NCBI GenBank assembly: GCA_001275005.1
Contig: JWZX01003181.1
Span: 1 to 44,051, forward strand
Direction of reading: 5' to 3'
Source of the DNA: Chrysochromulina tobinii
Lineage: Eukaryota
Length of the DNA: 44,051 nucleotides
The notes beneath the pieces are model-generated. The model was not told where the DNA came from, did not search any database, and saw only the letters and a program-made list of their open reading frames with translations. Numbering within the stretch: the first letter of the stretch is position 1; each line of letters begins with the position of its first letter. The translations under genes were made by a program, and so were the position numbers. Positions 31,059 to 41,053 of the stretch are shown piece after piece.

Positions 31059-33545
31059 ATGTCGGCCGCCGCGGCGGTGCGGGCAGCGCGGCCCTTGGTC
31101 GTGTGCACCGTCTTCTTCGGGCCGTTGCCGCCGTGGCTACCAATCACATTGCACTCGATGGCGGCCAACGATCGTGTCGATTTCATCGTCGTTGGCGACG
31201 CTCCACCGCCATCGGTGCTGCCGCCGAACGTTCGCTTTGAGACGATTGCGTACACAGCCATGCAGGCGCGGCTGACGCAGCTCACGGGTCGGTCCGTGGT
31301 GTACACGAATACGTACAAGGCCAACGACATCAAGCCGTTGCTGCCTGCGCTCTATCCTGAGGCCATACGCGGCTACGAGTGGTGGGGATGGGCTGATCTC
31401 GACGTCATCTTCGGCGACTTGCTCAAGTTTGTCGAGCTCGCGCTGGCGCAGCCCGCGTGCTGCCGCGGCCTCGAGTACGGGTGCACCAAGCGTGCGTGGC
31501 GCGATCCGCGCTCCCCGTGCTTCAACTCGTCGCGCGGTCGCGAGCCTGCGGACACCTACGGCGACCGTGACTCGTGCCGGTGCCGCGAGGGCGAGAGGGT
31601 GACGGCGATCTCGCCGCTGTACCCGAACCCGTGGCGCAAAAAGTGCTGGGGCCCCTTCACGCTGTTCCGCGTGTCGGCGGGCGCGCGCCTCTTCGAGGAG
31701 ACTCCCAAGTGGCGCGCCGCCCTTGCGACGGCCGAGTACACGCACTTCGATGAGTGGTGGGGTCCGTTTGTGCAGCAGGGCTTCGAGTCGATGGGCGACG
31801 TGATGACCCGCCTGTCGGACGAGGGGCGGCTGGTCATGTCGCGCGCACGGCTGCCGTTCTCCGAGGCCAAGTCGTGCGTCGACATCGAGTGCACGTTTTG
31901 CCCGTGTGGCGCCACGCGTTTCGTGTTGCGGGGGCGCACCCTCACGGTCAACGATGAGGAGAGCATGATCTTGCACCTTGCTGAGGCTAAGCCCGCATGG
32001 CTCACGCTTGCCGCGAACGCTGCCGCCGGTGCGGGCGGCAGCGCTGGCTGGCGCGTGCCTGCGTACGCGCCCGGCCAGCCGAGCTGCTTCGAGGTGAGTC
32101 ACCTCGGTCTCTATGCCGCCGACGCCGCGCTCCGGGCGGTGGGTAGTGCCATGCTACACGCGGCGACGCGCTACGAACGGCATCGGCCTGTCTCGGACCA
32201 CGCGGCCGCCGCCCTCGTGTACCCTAAGCACAACGCCACCGCCGGCGGCGGACTCGACCCCAAGGCAAGTCAAGTCAAGGCAGTCGGCTCGCCGCGCCTC
32301 TCCGTCCTGCCGTGCACCTTGGACCGCTTGGAGGCCTCGCACGCCGCGGCTGGTCCTGGCGACGGCACGCACAGCAGGGGCAGCGGCAACGGTGGCAGCG
32401 GCAACGGTGGCAGCGGCAACGGTGGCGTGATGGTCGCGGCCGCGGCCGCGACGCCCGGAACGACGCCCGATGCTCACACGCGTCGTACCGGGCACGCGAC
32501 GCCCGGAGCTCTAACGGCTCTAACGGCTCTAACGGCTCTAACGGCTGCTCGCGCCGCGCTGCGTGATCTCCATGCCAGGTACGACGCGTATACGGGCGCC
32601 GAGCGCTTGCGCACCCTCGCGTGGCTGTGTGCCTGGGAGAGACTCTCCACTGACTACAACGAGTCCTTGGAAGGCGTCGACCTGAGCGCGCAGGGCGCGC
32701 GCCGCCTGCCGCTGCTCTTCGGCAACCGGCGTGTTCGCTTCGGCTTGTACGGCGGCGAGCGGGTCGGCTGGTGGCGCCAGACGGTGAACACGAGCGTCGC
32801 CGCTGAGGAGGGACCGGTGCCGGCACTGCGGCCCGATCGGTGCGCCCTCGCGGGCGCTTGTGGCGGCGCGTGCGGGGCACAGCCCATGCCGTGTGCGGTC
32901 CGATCGGCGCCGATGTGCGTGCTCTGCAGCGCCTCGGGTGCGCGCCAGGGCCGCAAGCGTGCTGGACGAGCGCCACTTCGGATACACGGCCGGCGGCTCA
33001 AGGCGCGCCGCGCGACCGTGTACGACTTGAAGGGTCCGCCCATCAAGGGCGTGCCCTGCCTGCCCGAGGTGGTGGAGGACGATCCCCTAGACGGGCGCAC
33101 AGGCAGCGGCGCCCAAGACGGCGCGAGCCCTACCGAGGTGCAATCTCGACTCGCCGAGGTGCAATCTCGTCTCGCCGAGGTGCAAGAGCGAATCTTCGAC
33201 GCGTACCTGCAGCTGCAAAAGGTTCAGCGCGACGAGCGCGCGCGCACCCGCCGCTGGATGTGCTCGTGGCTCTACAAGCTCAAGGCGTGCGACGACGCGG
33301 AGGCTTTGCAGCGCCGTCTTGGGCGCCGGCCTTCCGAGGGGCCTCCCGAGGGCGCCGTCTTGGGCGTCTCCACACGCTTGGTGGCACTGGCCGCGCCCGT
33401 GACGACGCGTCGCTGCCGCCGCATCGCGCCACCCGACCACGCGGTCAGTACGGGCGATCCCGCGCTCGGGTGGGGTGGGCTGCACGTGCCGCAGCTCAAC
33501 TCGACCGCGATGAACGCGCTGCTCTTTCGCTTTCGATGCTGGTGA
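31059..33545 (+). CDS. DUF6625-like (putative glycosyltransferase-related) protein with long C-terminal extension
   Basis: FFGPLPPWL...S...N..VDF, YKANDIKP, YEWWGWADLDVIFGDL (DxD), GPFTLFR, FDEW. Confidence 0.7.
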   Translation: MSAAAAVRAARPLVVCTVFFGPLPPWLPITLHSMAANDRVDFIVVGDAPPPSVLPPNVRFETIAYTAMQARLTQLTGRSVVYTNTYKANDIKPLLPALYPEAIRGYEWWGWADLDVIFGDLLKFVELALAQPACCRGLEYGCTKRAWRDPRSPCFNSSRGREPADTYGDRDSCRCREGERVTAISPLYPNPWRKKCWGPFTLFRVSAGARLFEETPKWRAALATAEYTHFDEWWGPFVQQGFESMGDVMTRLSDEGRLVMSRARLPFSEAKSCVDIECTFCPCGATRFVLRGRTLTVNDEESMILHLAEAKPAWLTLAANAAAGAGGSAGWRVPAYAPGQPSCFEVSHLGLYAADAALRAVGSAMLHAATRYERHRPVSDHAAAALVYPKHNATAGGGLDPKASQVKAVGSPRLSVLPCTLDRLEASHAAAGPGDGTHSRGSGNGGSGNGGSGNGGVMVAAAAATPGTTPDAHTRRTGHATPGALTALTALTALTAARAALRDLHARYDAYTGAERLRTLAWLCAWERLSTDYNESLEGVDLSAQGARRLPLLFGNRRVRFGLYGGERVGWWRQTVNTSVAAEEGPVPALRPDRCALAGACGGACGAQPMPCAVRSAPMCVLCSASGARQGRKRAGRAPLRIHGRRLKARRATVYDLKGPPIKGVPCLPEVVEDDPLDGRTGSGAQDGASPTEVQSRLAEVQSRLAEVQERIFDAYLQLQKVQRDERARTRRWMCSWLYKLKACDDAEALQRRLGRRPSEGPPEGAVLGVSTRLVALAAPVTTRRCRRIAPPDHAVSTGDPALGWGGLHVPQLNSTAMNALLFRFRCW

Positions 33546-33963
33546 AGCTCGTGCACCACACGCGCACCTCGAAGAATGTGCAACGAATATGCGGCGGAAG
33601 CTGTAAGCCCCCCAGCCCCGCGAATACTCGGGGACGGACACGGGACGGGCGCCGCCGCCGGGAACCGGCACTTACCTTCTCCGGACCGCGGGAAAGCGCG
33701 CTCGGCCGTCTGCGCATCGTCGCCACCCCGCACGCCGGCGGAGATGCAGATGGGCGTGGCCCGTCCGTGTGAGCATCAGGCTAAGACAGCTCTCAACTCC
33801 ACATAATTAGATTCTCACAACGACGACGCGTATACGCACACAAGAAAAGACGCCCAACTCCAGGCTACGAAAATCAGAGTAGTCCATTAGACACGAATCG
33901 AAACAAGGCTCAGCACGACAATTGACACCACCGTCCCACCGCAACGGAGTCCTTCAACTGCCT

Positions 33964-34473
33964 TCACACGTCGTAGGATGTCTGCGCAAGGGAAGTGACT
34001 CCATGCGTCCGTGCACCCTTCAAGCAGACGGGCGAACGAACTGGCGGTGCTGCCACTCGTACTTCGGAAATTTGGTCACTGGGCCCTCGGGCGAAGGGAT
34101 TGCATCCTTGTACCATCCATGGTTCTCGTGCGAGTACTGCACAACGCAACACGAGTGCGCCGGGTGTCAGACAAGTAAGGGGCTTGGCAGGTCCGAGGTG
34201 CTCGCGGCTTACCACGCCGTCAGCAGCCCAGCCCGAACGCAAGGGGATGCCGTTTTGCTGCGGAGGGAAGGCAGCGCCAGCATGGGGGTACTTCTTCACG
34301 TTGACGGCGAAGAGGTTGGCAGTGCACGTCCTCTCGAACGGATTGGGTGCGCCCTTATACTGGTTCGGGTCCGCGCTCTTGGGGTCGATTTCTCTGAAGA
34401 CCCACTCCATTGTGTTCCGCGCGATGTGAGAGGCAGAGAGTCGTGTATGAAGCGTTCGATGGAACTTCGACAT
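33964..34473 (-). CDS. Hypothetical protein or degenerate repeat-derived ORF
   Basis: 169-aa ATG-initiated ORF with ordinary composition; no recognisable domain. Confidence 0.25.
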   Translation of the reverse strand: MSKFHRTLHTRLSASHIARNTMEWVFREIDPKSADPNQYKGAPNPFERTCTANLFAVNVKKYPHAGAAFPPQQNGIPLRSGWAADGVVSREHLGPAKPLTCLTPGALVLRCAVLAREPWMVQGCNPFARGPSDQISEVRVAAPPVRSPVCLKGARTHGVTSLAQTSYDV

Positions 34474-34659
34474 GTTTTCTGCGTCACCTTCGGCGTGGCC
34501 GTGGGGGGCATTGGCGGCGTGCCGGGTCGCTAACGACGGCGGTTCCCGCTGCTCTGGTGCTACCTCGCAGCGGCTCTTCAGTCGACGTCGACATTCTCGT
34601 GCGACAAGACATCAATAACGCGCACGCGAGCAAGCTCTTTTTGCAAGAATGTCGAAATT

Positions 34660-34990
34660 TGCCTGTGGGCTACGAGTGCACGAGTGAGCGTGCCGAGCAT
34701 GTCGAGGCGCTCTACTTTGCTATTGGACAGCCTACAGTCGCCCCGCTTCGAGCTCGCGGTGCGACAGAGGCACCCAAGATCCACACACACTGTGGTCGCC
34801 TCATCCCGTCAGCCGTGTAGTGTGATGTGCCTGAGCTGGTGGGCTACAGGTGCATAGAGCGGCGTGCCGAGCACTCCGAGGCGATCTACGTTGCTATCGG
34901 AGAGCCTACACTCACTTCGGCTCGAGCTCGCGGTGCGAAGGATGCACCCGAGATCCACACACCATGTGGTCGCCTCATGTCGTGCGTGTG
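34660..34990. repeat. Diverged tandem duplication, 174-bp period
   Basis: GTGGGCTAC at 34665 and 34839; shared CGTGCCGAGCA, TCGAGCTCGCGGTGCGA, AGATCCACACAC, TGTGGTCGCCTCAT. Confidence 0.85.
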
Positions 34991-35130
34991 CTGGCGTGCT
35001 GGCAACCGCCACTGAGGCTCGCCCAACCTGTAGAGACCCTCTGATGAGAGTATGACGAGTGTCTGTATGCTATTACTACAATGTGAATTACAACAACGAA
35101 GAGAAGAATGCTAGAACACCGGCGACACCT

Positions 35131-36162
35131 TTTATAGAGTGGTCCTTACACCGGCATCGAGCCATGCTATGCGACATGCGGCCTTTGCAGTGTCGAGCAG
35201 CAGCTGCGTGACCTCCTCCTCGGCGTACGGCTGGTTCTTGGCGGCGGCGCGGCCCATCTCGACCGCGAGCACGCCCTCCGCTGCGCCCAGCACCGTTGGC
35301 CCCCGCCAGCGGCTGCGTCTCGCGCCGGCGCGTCTCGAGCTCCACCAGCCAGTGTGGCGAGCCTTTCACGCCTCGATGCCCACTCACGCATGACCTCGTC
35401 ATCATCCTTGATCCAGCCCATCATGGTGCTGTAGGGGACGCGGTGGAGCAGGGTGCCGTCCGCTGTCTTCTTGCGCAGATCGGTCGACGTGATCTTCTTG
35501 GACTGGAGCAGGCGCGCCACCGCCACGACGTCCTCCCAGAAGTAGTCAGTCCCCGCGCCGTACGATGTTGTTGGCACGACGACGAGCGCGGTGCCACGGG
35601 GGGCGAGTCGCATCCGCTTCTTCCCATCGCCCCCCATCGCCGCGGGCGCAGCCGCAGCAGCCGCCTCCGCCTCCACCATAGTGACGGGACGCTTGAGTGA
35701 TCTCACTGCTGCCACAGCGGCGCTGGCAGCAGCCGCTGCCACCCCCCGCATGATGCCGGCTGTCGTCGGGCTGTAGCCGAACGATGCTATCGCAGACTCT
35801 GCCGCCGCGCTCGCAGCTGCTGCGGCCACAGCCTGACTTGGGCTCGCATGTGGCTCTGCTGGAGGGTTGCGTTCTCGCAGCGGCGAAGGTGGATAGGTGC
35901 CTTTGCGCGGCGCCGCCAGTCCAACGACCTTGACCGTGGGCACCTTCTTGAGCGCTGTCGACGCGCGGGAGCCCCCCGACAGCTTTCCGGCTGCGCGGGC
36001 GGTCTCCTTCCCCGTCGGCATCAGTGGACGAGAGGACGAGAGCGCTCGCGGGAGCGTGTCGAAGTTTTCCTCGTGTCGAAGTTCCCTCGAACGCTTCATA
36101 GTGTGCCGTTTCTCTCGGTCCACAAGTTCGTTTTCAACTTTCATGTTTTCATGTTTACACAT
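35131..36162 (-). mobile_element. Degenerate pogo/Tigger-like transposase 5' fragment (psq-type HTH + partial CENP-B-type HTH), frameshifted and truncated
   Basis: YFWEDVVAVARLL...HRVPYSTMMGWIK (psq-like). After two apparent frameshifts, PTVLGAAEGVLAVEMGRAAAKNQPYAEEEVTQLL. No DDE domain or TIR found. Confidence 0.45.
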
Positions 36163-36382
36163 CCCAAAAACGGGAGGTAGGCCGCTGCTCCCGTTGGGTC
36201 CGGAGATACACGGCCCAAGCGAGACGGTGTGGGTCTGTGTAAACGAGTGATTCGATCACTCATACTTGCGTCCTTGAAGCTCCGTCCTTCGCTCCGTCCT
36301 ATGGATTCCGTTCGTCTCACCTAGTACCTGCCTCTCCTTCAACCGTCTGCATTGGTACGAGCATCGCACCGGCGGCTGCTGC

Positions 36383-37174
36383 TCACATGCTCGTCGTGTA
36401 CGTCTTTGTCTCCGAAGAGGTGATCGTCGACGCCACTCTTGCGATCTGCTCGATCGCGGCGAGGTAGTTCTGGTTCTTCTCCTGCGTCGTGGCCAAGTCG
36501 AAAGCCAGCTGCTCGGCCAACTTTCGCGCTTCAGATGCCTCGATGATTCGCTCGTCAATCTCCTCGCGCAGCGCCCTCTTGGCCTCGTCGGCACGCTCTG
36601 CATCCGCGCGTGCCTTCTTGGCTGCCGCTGACTGATCATCCAGCAGTGCGAGCAGACTCCTGGTCTCCGATTTCAGCTGCTGCGCGGCAGCGACGCCCTG
36701 TTCATCTAGCTGGCGAAGGAGTTTTGTGACTTCGATCTCAAGGCTCGATGCAGCCGCCGCGCTCGCTGCCGCGCTCGCTGCCTGCTTTTGCAAGTTCTCC
36801 CGCAAGTGGTCAGCCTCCACGCGCCCGTCTGCCACCTCCTTTTGCATGTTCTCAAGTCGCATCTGCTGGTCATCTAGCACGGCTTTCAAGCTGGCCTTTT
36901 CACTCGCGAGCAAATGCATCTGCTCAGTCGCCACTTTGGCAGCCACCTCCGCCTGCTTGACAACGTCGCGTAGCTTGCTCATTTTCTCCTCCATGTCCGC
37001 GTCATAGATGGCGCACTCTACGTAGATCTTGGGGTCGATGAGCGCTTCCACTGAAGGCGTAGAACGTGCTGTGGGAAATGAAGGCGTACGTGCTCTGGGA
37101 TGGCATCGCGATATTGCAACGCGGAAAGCTGACGCTGACGGAAGAAGGAGAGCCACGAAAGCAAAAGTGCGCAT
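36383..37174 (-). CDS. Coiled-coil protein with signal peptide and plastid transit-like presequence
   Basis: MRTFAFVALLLPSASAFR (ASAF-type cleavage motif); long Ala/Glu/Gln/Lys heptad region. Confidence 0.75.
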   Translation of the reverse strand: MRTFAFVALLLPSASAFRVAISRCHPRARTPSFPTARSTPSVEALIDPKIYVECAIYDADMEEKMSKLRDVVKQAEVAAKVATEQMHLLASEKASLKAVLDDQQMRLENMQKEVADGRVEADHLRENLQKQAASAAASAAAASSLEIEVTKLLRQLDEQGVAAAQQLKSETRSLLALLDDQSAAAKKARADAERADEAKRALREEIDERIIEASEARKLAEQLAFDLATTQEKNQNYLAAIEQIARVASTITSSETKTYTTSM

Positions 37175-37682
37175 GAGGAAAGACCCTCCGTCGCGATCTC
37201 GCGAGAAAAATGACGAAAGCTACGATCACAGTTTGGGTGAAATGCTGGTGTGCGCATGCTTACGGGTATAACTGACACAAGACGATCAGACACCTACGCA
37301 TTGTACATACGACGACACGGTGCGTGTCCAGGTCTGTCCGTCGGTGTGTTGAGATTCATCTATAACTTTCACACGACAGCGGGGACAGGGACAGGCACAT
37401 CACGTCACACCTTTCGCGCCGACATGCACACATAGACACCCTTGCCACACACGCACAACATGAAGTACGTGAGTATGCCACATCTCACCATCACACACCA
37501 CGCCGGCATCACCACACCAAACACTCACGCCAGCATACTAGTAGAGAGTAGAGCACTCACAGCCAAGGCACATAGTAGAGCGGAACGCGCCGCGAATTCG
37601 CCGCGAGTGCACACTACCACTTCACAGAGATGGCGAGGCAGCGGCGCGCATGCACTCGTGACGAGTGCCACACGTACGTTGC

Positions 37683-38590
37683 CTAGTCCACTTGCGCCTT
37701 CAACTCCTCCAGAACGCTCGGTTTGTTGGTCAACTCTGCGAACTCTGCGAAGGTGATGACGTCGTTGCCGTTCTTGTCGATAAGCTGGATGATGCGGTTG
37801 AAGACGGGGTCGGGCATCGACTGCATGTTGAACATGACCAAGATCCTCTTGAACTCGTCTGCCGAGAGGAAGCCATTGCAGTCCTCGTCGAGGAGGCGGA
37901 AGGCACGGCGCACCTCCGTGAAGCGATCCTTCATCTTGGAGACGAGGAGACCGAACCAGTACGCGGTCTCCTTGCTCGAGGCGCGCGGCATCGTCGGCTG
38001 CTCGACCATTGGCGCACTCGCAGGCGCCGCCGCCGGCGCGTCGTCGGCCGAAGGGCGGCGGCTATTCTTGCGCAGGGGCGGAAGCTCACCGAAGCCGCCC
38101 GGCCCGCGCAGCGGCGGTGGCTGCAGCTCGTGGTTCATAAAGGGCTTCCAGTGGATCCTGGTTGGCGCGCCAATGTTGTCCTTGCATGCCGCGTAGTGCG
38201 TGTTCGCCACGACCTCGGGCGGCACCTCTACGTTGGCAATCTTAGCGGCGAGTATCAGCTCCCGTGTGCTGCACATGCCTTCCGGCGCGCGCTTGCTGAG
38301 CACATCCTTCATGATGCGGCGCTGTTTGTTGTGGTCGAGGCGAACTGTGCAGGAGGAGCAGGTCGGGGCGTAGGCGCACTCGTCGCATCAGTGGGATTTG
38401 CAAACTGCATGTGGACTGCCACAAACGGGGTTCAATCCACTCGCGTCGCACGTTGGGCTTCGGCGACCATCTCTTCCTCTGTATAGCCCTCAAGCGACGG
38501 CCGACTGTAGCCGACTGTCGAGGGGCGTGGAGTGCCCCGTGTAGGGGTGCCCCGTGGGGTGCTCCTTGGGGAAAGCGGTGCGAAGGCCAT
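37683..38590 (-). CDS. EF-hand protein; exons 38590-38452, 38344-37683
   Basis: RRAFRLLDEDCNGFLSADEF and DKNGNDVITFAEF. A 107-nt GTGCGA...TGCACAG intron joins the upstream ORF in frame (801 nt, 266 aa). Confidence 0.85.
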
Positions 38591-38910
38591 TATGAGCTGA
38601 CGCGAGCGAGTGGACTCCGACCGCTTGGACGGTCTGTCGGTCACTGGTCAGCAAAAAAAACAGCTCAAAAAAACATGAACGGAAAATGCATTTCAGACAC
38701 GAATTTGGGCCAAGCGCCCGATCGTCACGCTTGGATGCAACTAGAGACCGCGCGGTGATGTGACGTTTTGTTGGTTTTTTCAATGTGGTTTGTTAATGAC
38801 CGAGATTTTGAGTAATGGTGCGGCACACACTCGTTCACGTGCGCACGGCACACTCTTCCGGTTCACATTACTTTACAAGGGTCCGTTGGTGTGAACCGAG
38901 CACAAGATTT

Positions 38911-38942
38911 TTGACTTGACTTGACTTGACTTGACTTGACTT
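38911..38942. repeat. (TTGAC)6 microsatellite
   Basis: TTGAC repeated six times just upstream of the ABCG start. Confidence 0.9.
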
Positions 38943-38987
38943 CGACGAACTTCACACGAGCAATTCGCCGCCGTCGTGAGCCCAGGG

Positions 38988-41024
38988 ATGCACCAGCACC
39001 ACGGGCTGCTCGCCGACCACGTCGATGGCGGCAGCGTGCCCGCCATCAACGATGCCGGCGTCGAGCTCAAGGCCTCGGGTGTTGGCCAGACGGTCAAGGT
39101 GCGAGGCGCCGCCCGCACCATCCTCTCCGACGTGGACGCGACCTTCTCGCCGGGCAATTTGACTGCGCTCATGGGCCCGTCGGGCGCTGGCAAGACGACG
39201 CTCCTCTCCATCCTTCGAGGCGGCCGTTGCAGCATGGGGTCGATGGCGATCGACGGCGCACCGTACACAACGGCCACGCGCAAGCTCATCGTGACCGTTC
39301 CGCAGGACGACGTGCTGCTGGCCGGGCTGTCGCCTCTCGAGATGCTTGTGTATGCGGCGCACCTGAAGCTGCCGCGCGCGCTCGGGCGGGCCGCCAAGCT
39401 CGCGCGCGTGCAGAGGGTGCTCTCGGAGCTCAATTTGGAGGGCGAGGACCAGCGGACGCGCATCGGCTCGGTCGACGCGCGCGGCCTTTCGGGCGGGCAG
39501 CGCAAGCGCGTCTCAATCGGGCTCGAGCTGCTGACCAACCCGGCGGTGCTACTGTGTGACGAGCCCACGAGCGGCCTGGACGCCAAGATGGCCGCCGACG
39601 TCGTCGGCATCCTCCGTGCGCTCTCACAGCAGCAGCGGCGCACCGTGGTCGCCACCATCCACCAGCCCTCGTTTCAGCTGTTTGCGCGCTTCGACTGGCT
39701 GCTGTTGCTGAGCAAGGGGCGCGTCGCGTACTCGGGCGCCGCCCTCAACGCCGCCGCGCACTTTGGCGCCCTCGGCTTCCCCACGCCCCCGCACGAGAAC
39801 CCGGCAGACTACATGATGCGCCTGCTGCAAGACGTGGAGGAAGCACGCGGTCTTGACCTGGTCGCTGCATGGGCGGAAGGCGCGGCGGCCATTTCGCAGC
39901 GCGCCGCGCATCGGCTGCCTTCCTGGAAGCCGGTTGGCGTAACGGTGAGCATGCTCGGCGGCGGCAGCGGCGGCGGCGACAACGGGGGCGACGGCGGCCT
40001 TTTGGAGTTTGCGTACCGTACGTCCGTGCTGTGCCACCGAACGCTGTACGACTCGTTCAAGGACCCCGCAAAGACCCTCAAGACTGTCATCCTCAAGAGC
40101 ATGGTCGGCCTGCTCTGCGGCACCATCTGGTTTGGGCAGGGGCGCTCGGGCTCGTATGGCGACATCTTCTCCATCACGGGTGCGCTCTTTATGTGCGTCA
40201 CCACCTCCACGCTCGAGGTGCTGCTGGACACCGTGCTCGAGTTCCCACTCGCGCGTGCGCTCCTATTGCGCGAGCTTTCCAACGGCCACTATTCGCTGCG
40301 CAGCTACTACGTCGCACGCACCGTGGCCAACTTTTGGCAGGCGTGCGTCAACACGGTACTCGTAGCACTGCCCGTGTACTTCATGGTGGGCCTCTCGCTC
40401 ACCGCGCGGCAGTTTGGCATCTTCGGGGGCTGCCTCGTGCTGCTTGAGCTCATCGGCTCGTGTATCGGCATCATGATCGGATGCACCTCGAACGACATCA
40501 ACGACGCGCGCACGCAGCTCGTGCCCGTGCTCGCACCGCTGCTCATCTTCTCAGGCTACGTGGTGCCGTACAACAACATCCCCGCCTACTTCACATGGGC
40601 CTACTACGCCTCCTTCTTCCAGTACAGCTTTGCACTGCTCATGATCAATGAGTTCGCGGACCGCACCTTTACGCGCGACTGCCCGGCGCAGCTTGCCGAG
40701 CAGCAGGTGCTCGCGGCGCTCGAGGAGCGGCTCGCACCCTACTGGCCGCCGCTGCCACACAATGGCACGTGGCCGGCACACAATGGCACGTGGCCGGCAC
40801 ACAATGGCACGTGGCCGCCGCCCGGCCCCTGGAGGAACTGGACGTGGCCCCCGCAGCTCCAGTTCACGTGCACTGGCCGCGAGTACCTCCAATTGGTGGG
40901 CATGTGGCCGAACAAGTTCGGCGCGATCTCAAACTACTTTGCCATCTTGGCGGGCTACCTCGCGCTCGCGTTTGTGGCCACGTACGTGGTGCTGTACCGC
41001 GTGACGACGATGAAGATGCGCTGA
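38988..41024 (+). CDS. ABCG (White-type) half transporter
   Basis: Walker A GPSGAGKTT, VPQDD, signature LSGGQRKRVSIG, Walker B LLCDEPTSGLD, TIHQP, ENPADY; C-terminal ABC2 membrane domain. Confidence 0.95.
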   Translation: MHQHHGLLADHVDGGSVPAINDAGVELKASGVGQTVKVRGAARTILSDVDATFSPGNLTALMGPSGAGKTTLLSILRGGRCSMGSMAIDGAPYTTATRKLIVTVPQDDVLLAGLSPLEMLVYAAHLKLPRALGRAAKLARVQRVLSELNLEGEDQRTRIGSVDARGLSGGQRKRVSIGLELLTNPAVLLCDEPTSGLDAKMAADVVGILRALSQQQRRTVVATIHQPSFQLFARFDWLLLLSKGRVAYSGAALNAAAHFGALGFPTPPHENPADYMMRLLQDVEEARGLDLVAAWAEGAAAISQRAAHRLPSWKPVGVTVSMLGGGSGGGDNGGDGGLLEFAYRTSVLCHRTLYDSFKDPAKTLKTVILKSMVGLLCGTIWFGQGRSGSYGDIFSITGALFMCVTTSTLEVLLDTVLEFPLARALLLRELSNGHYSLRSYYVARTVANFWQACVNTVLVALPVYFMVGLSLTARQFGIFGGCLVLLELIGSCIGIMIGCTSNDINDARTQLVPVLAPLLIFSGYVVPYNNIPAYFTWAYYASFFQYSFALLMINEFADRTFTRDCPAQLAEQQVLAALEERLAPYWPPLPHNGTWPAHNGTWPAHNGTWPPPGPWRNWTWPPQLQFTCTGREYLQLVGMWPNKFGAISNYFAILAGYLALAFVATYVVLYRVTTMKMR

Positions 41025-41053
41025 CATGAACTCAAGCAGGCAAGCTAGCTTGC

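Noticed and set aside
16414..33545. Glycan cluster (O-FucT, RhaM, DUF6625)
   Set aside because: Interspersed with unrelated housekeeping genes over 17 kb; no evidence of linkage.
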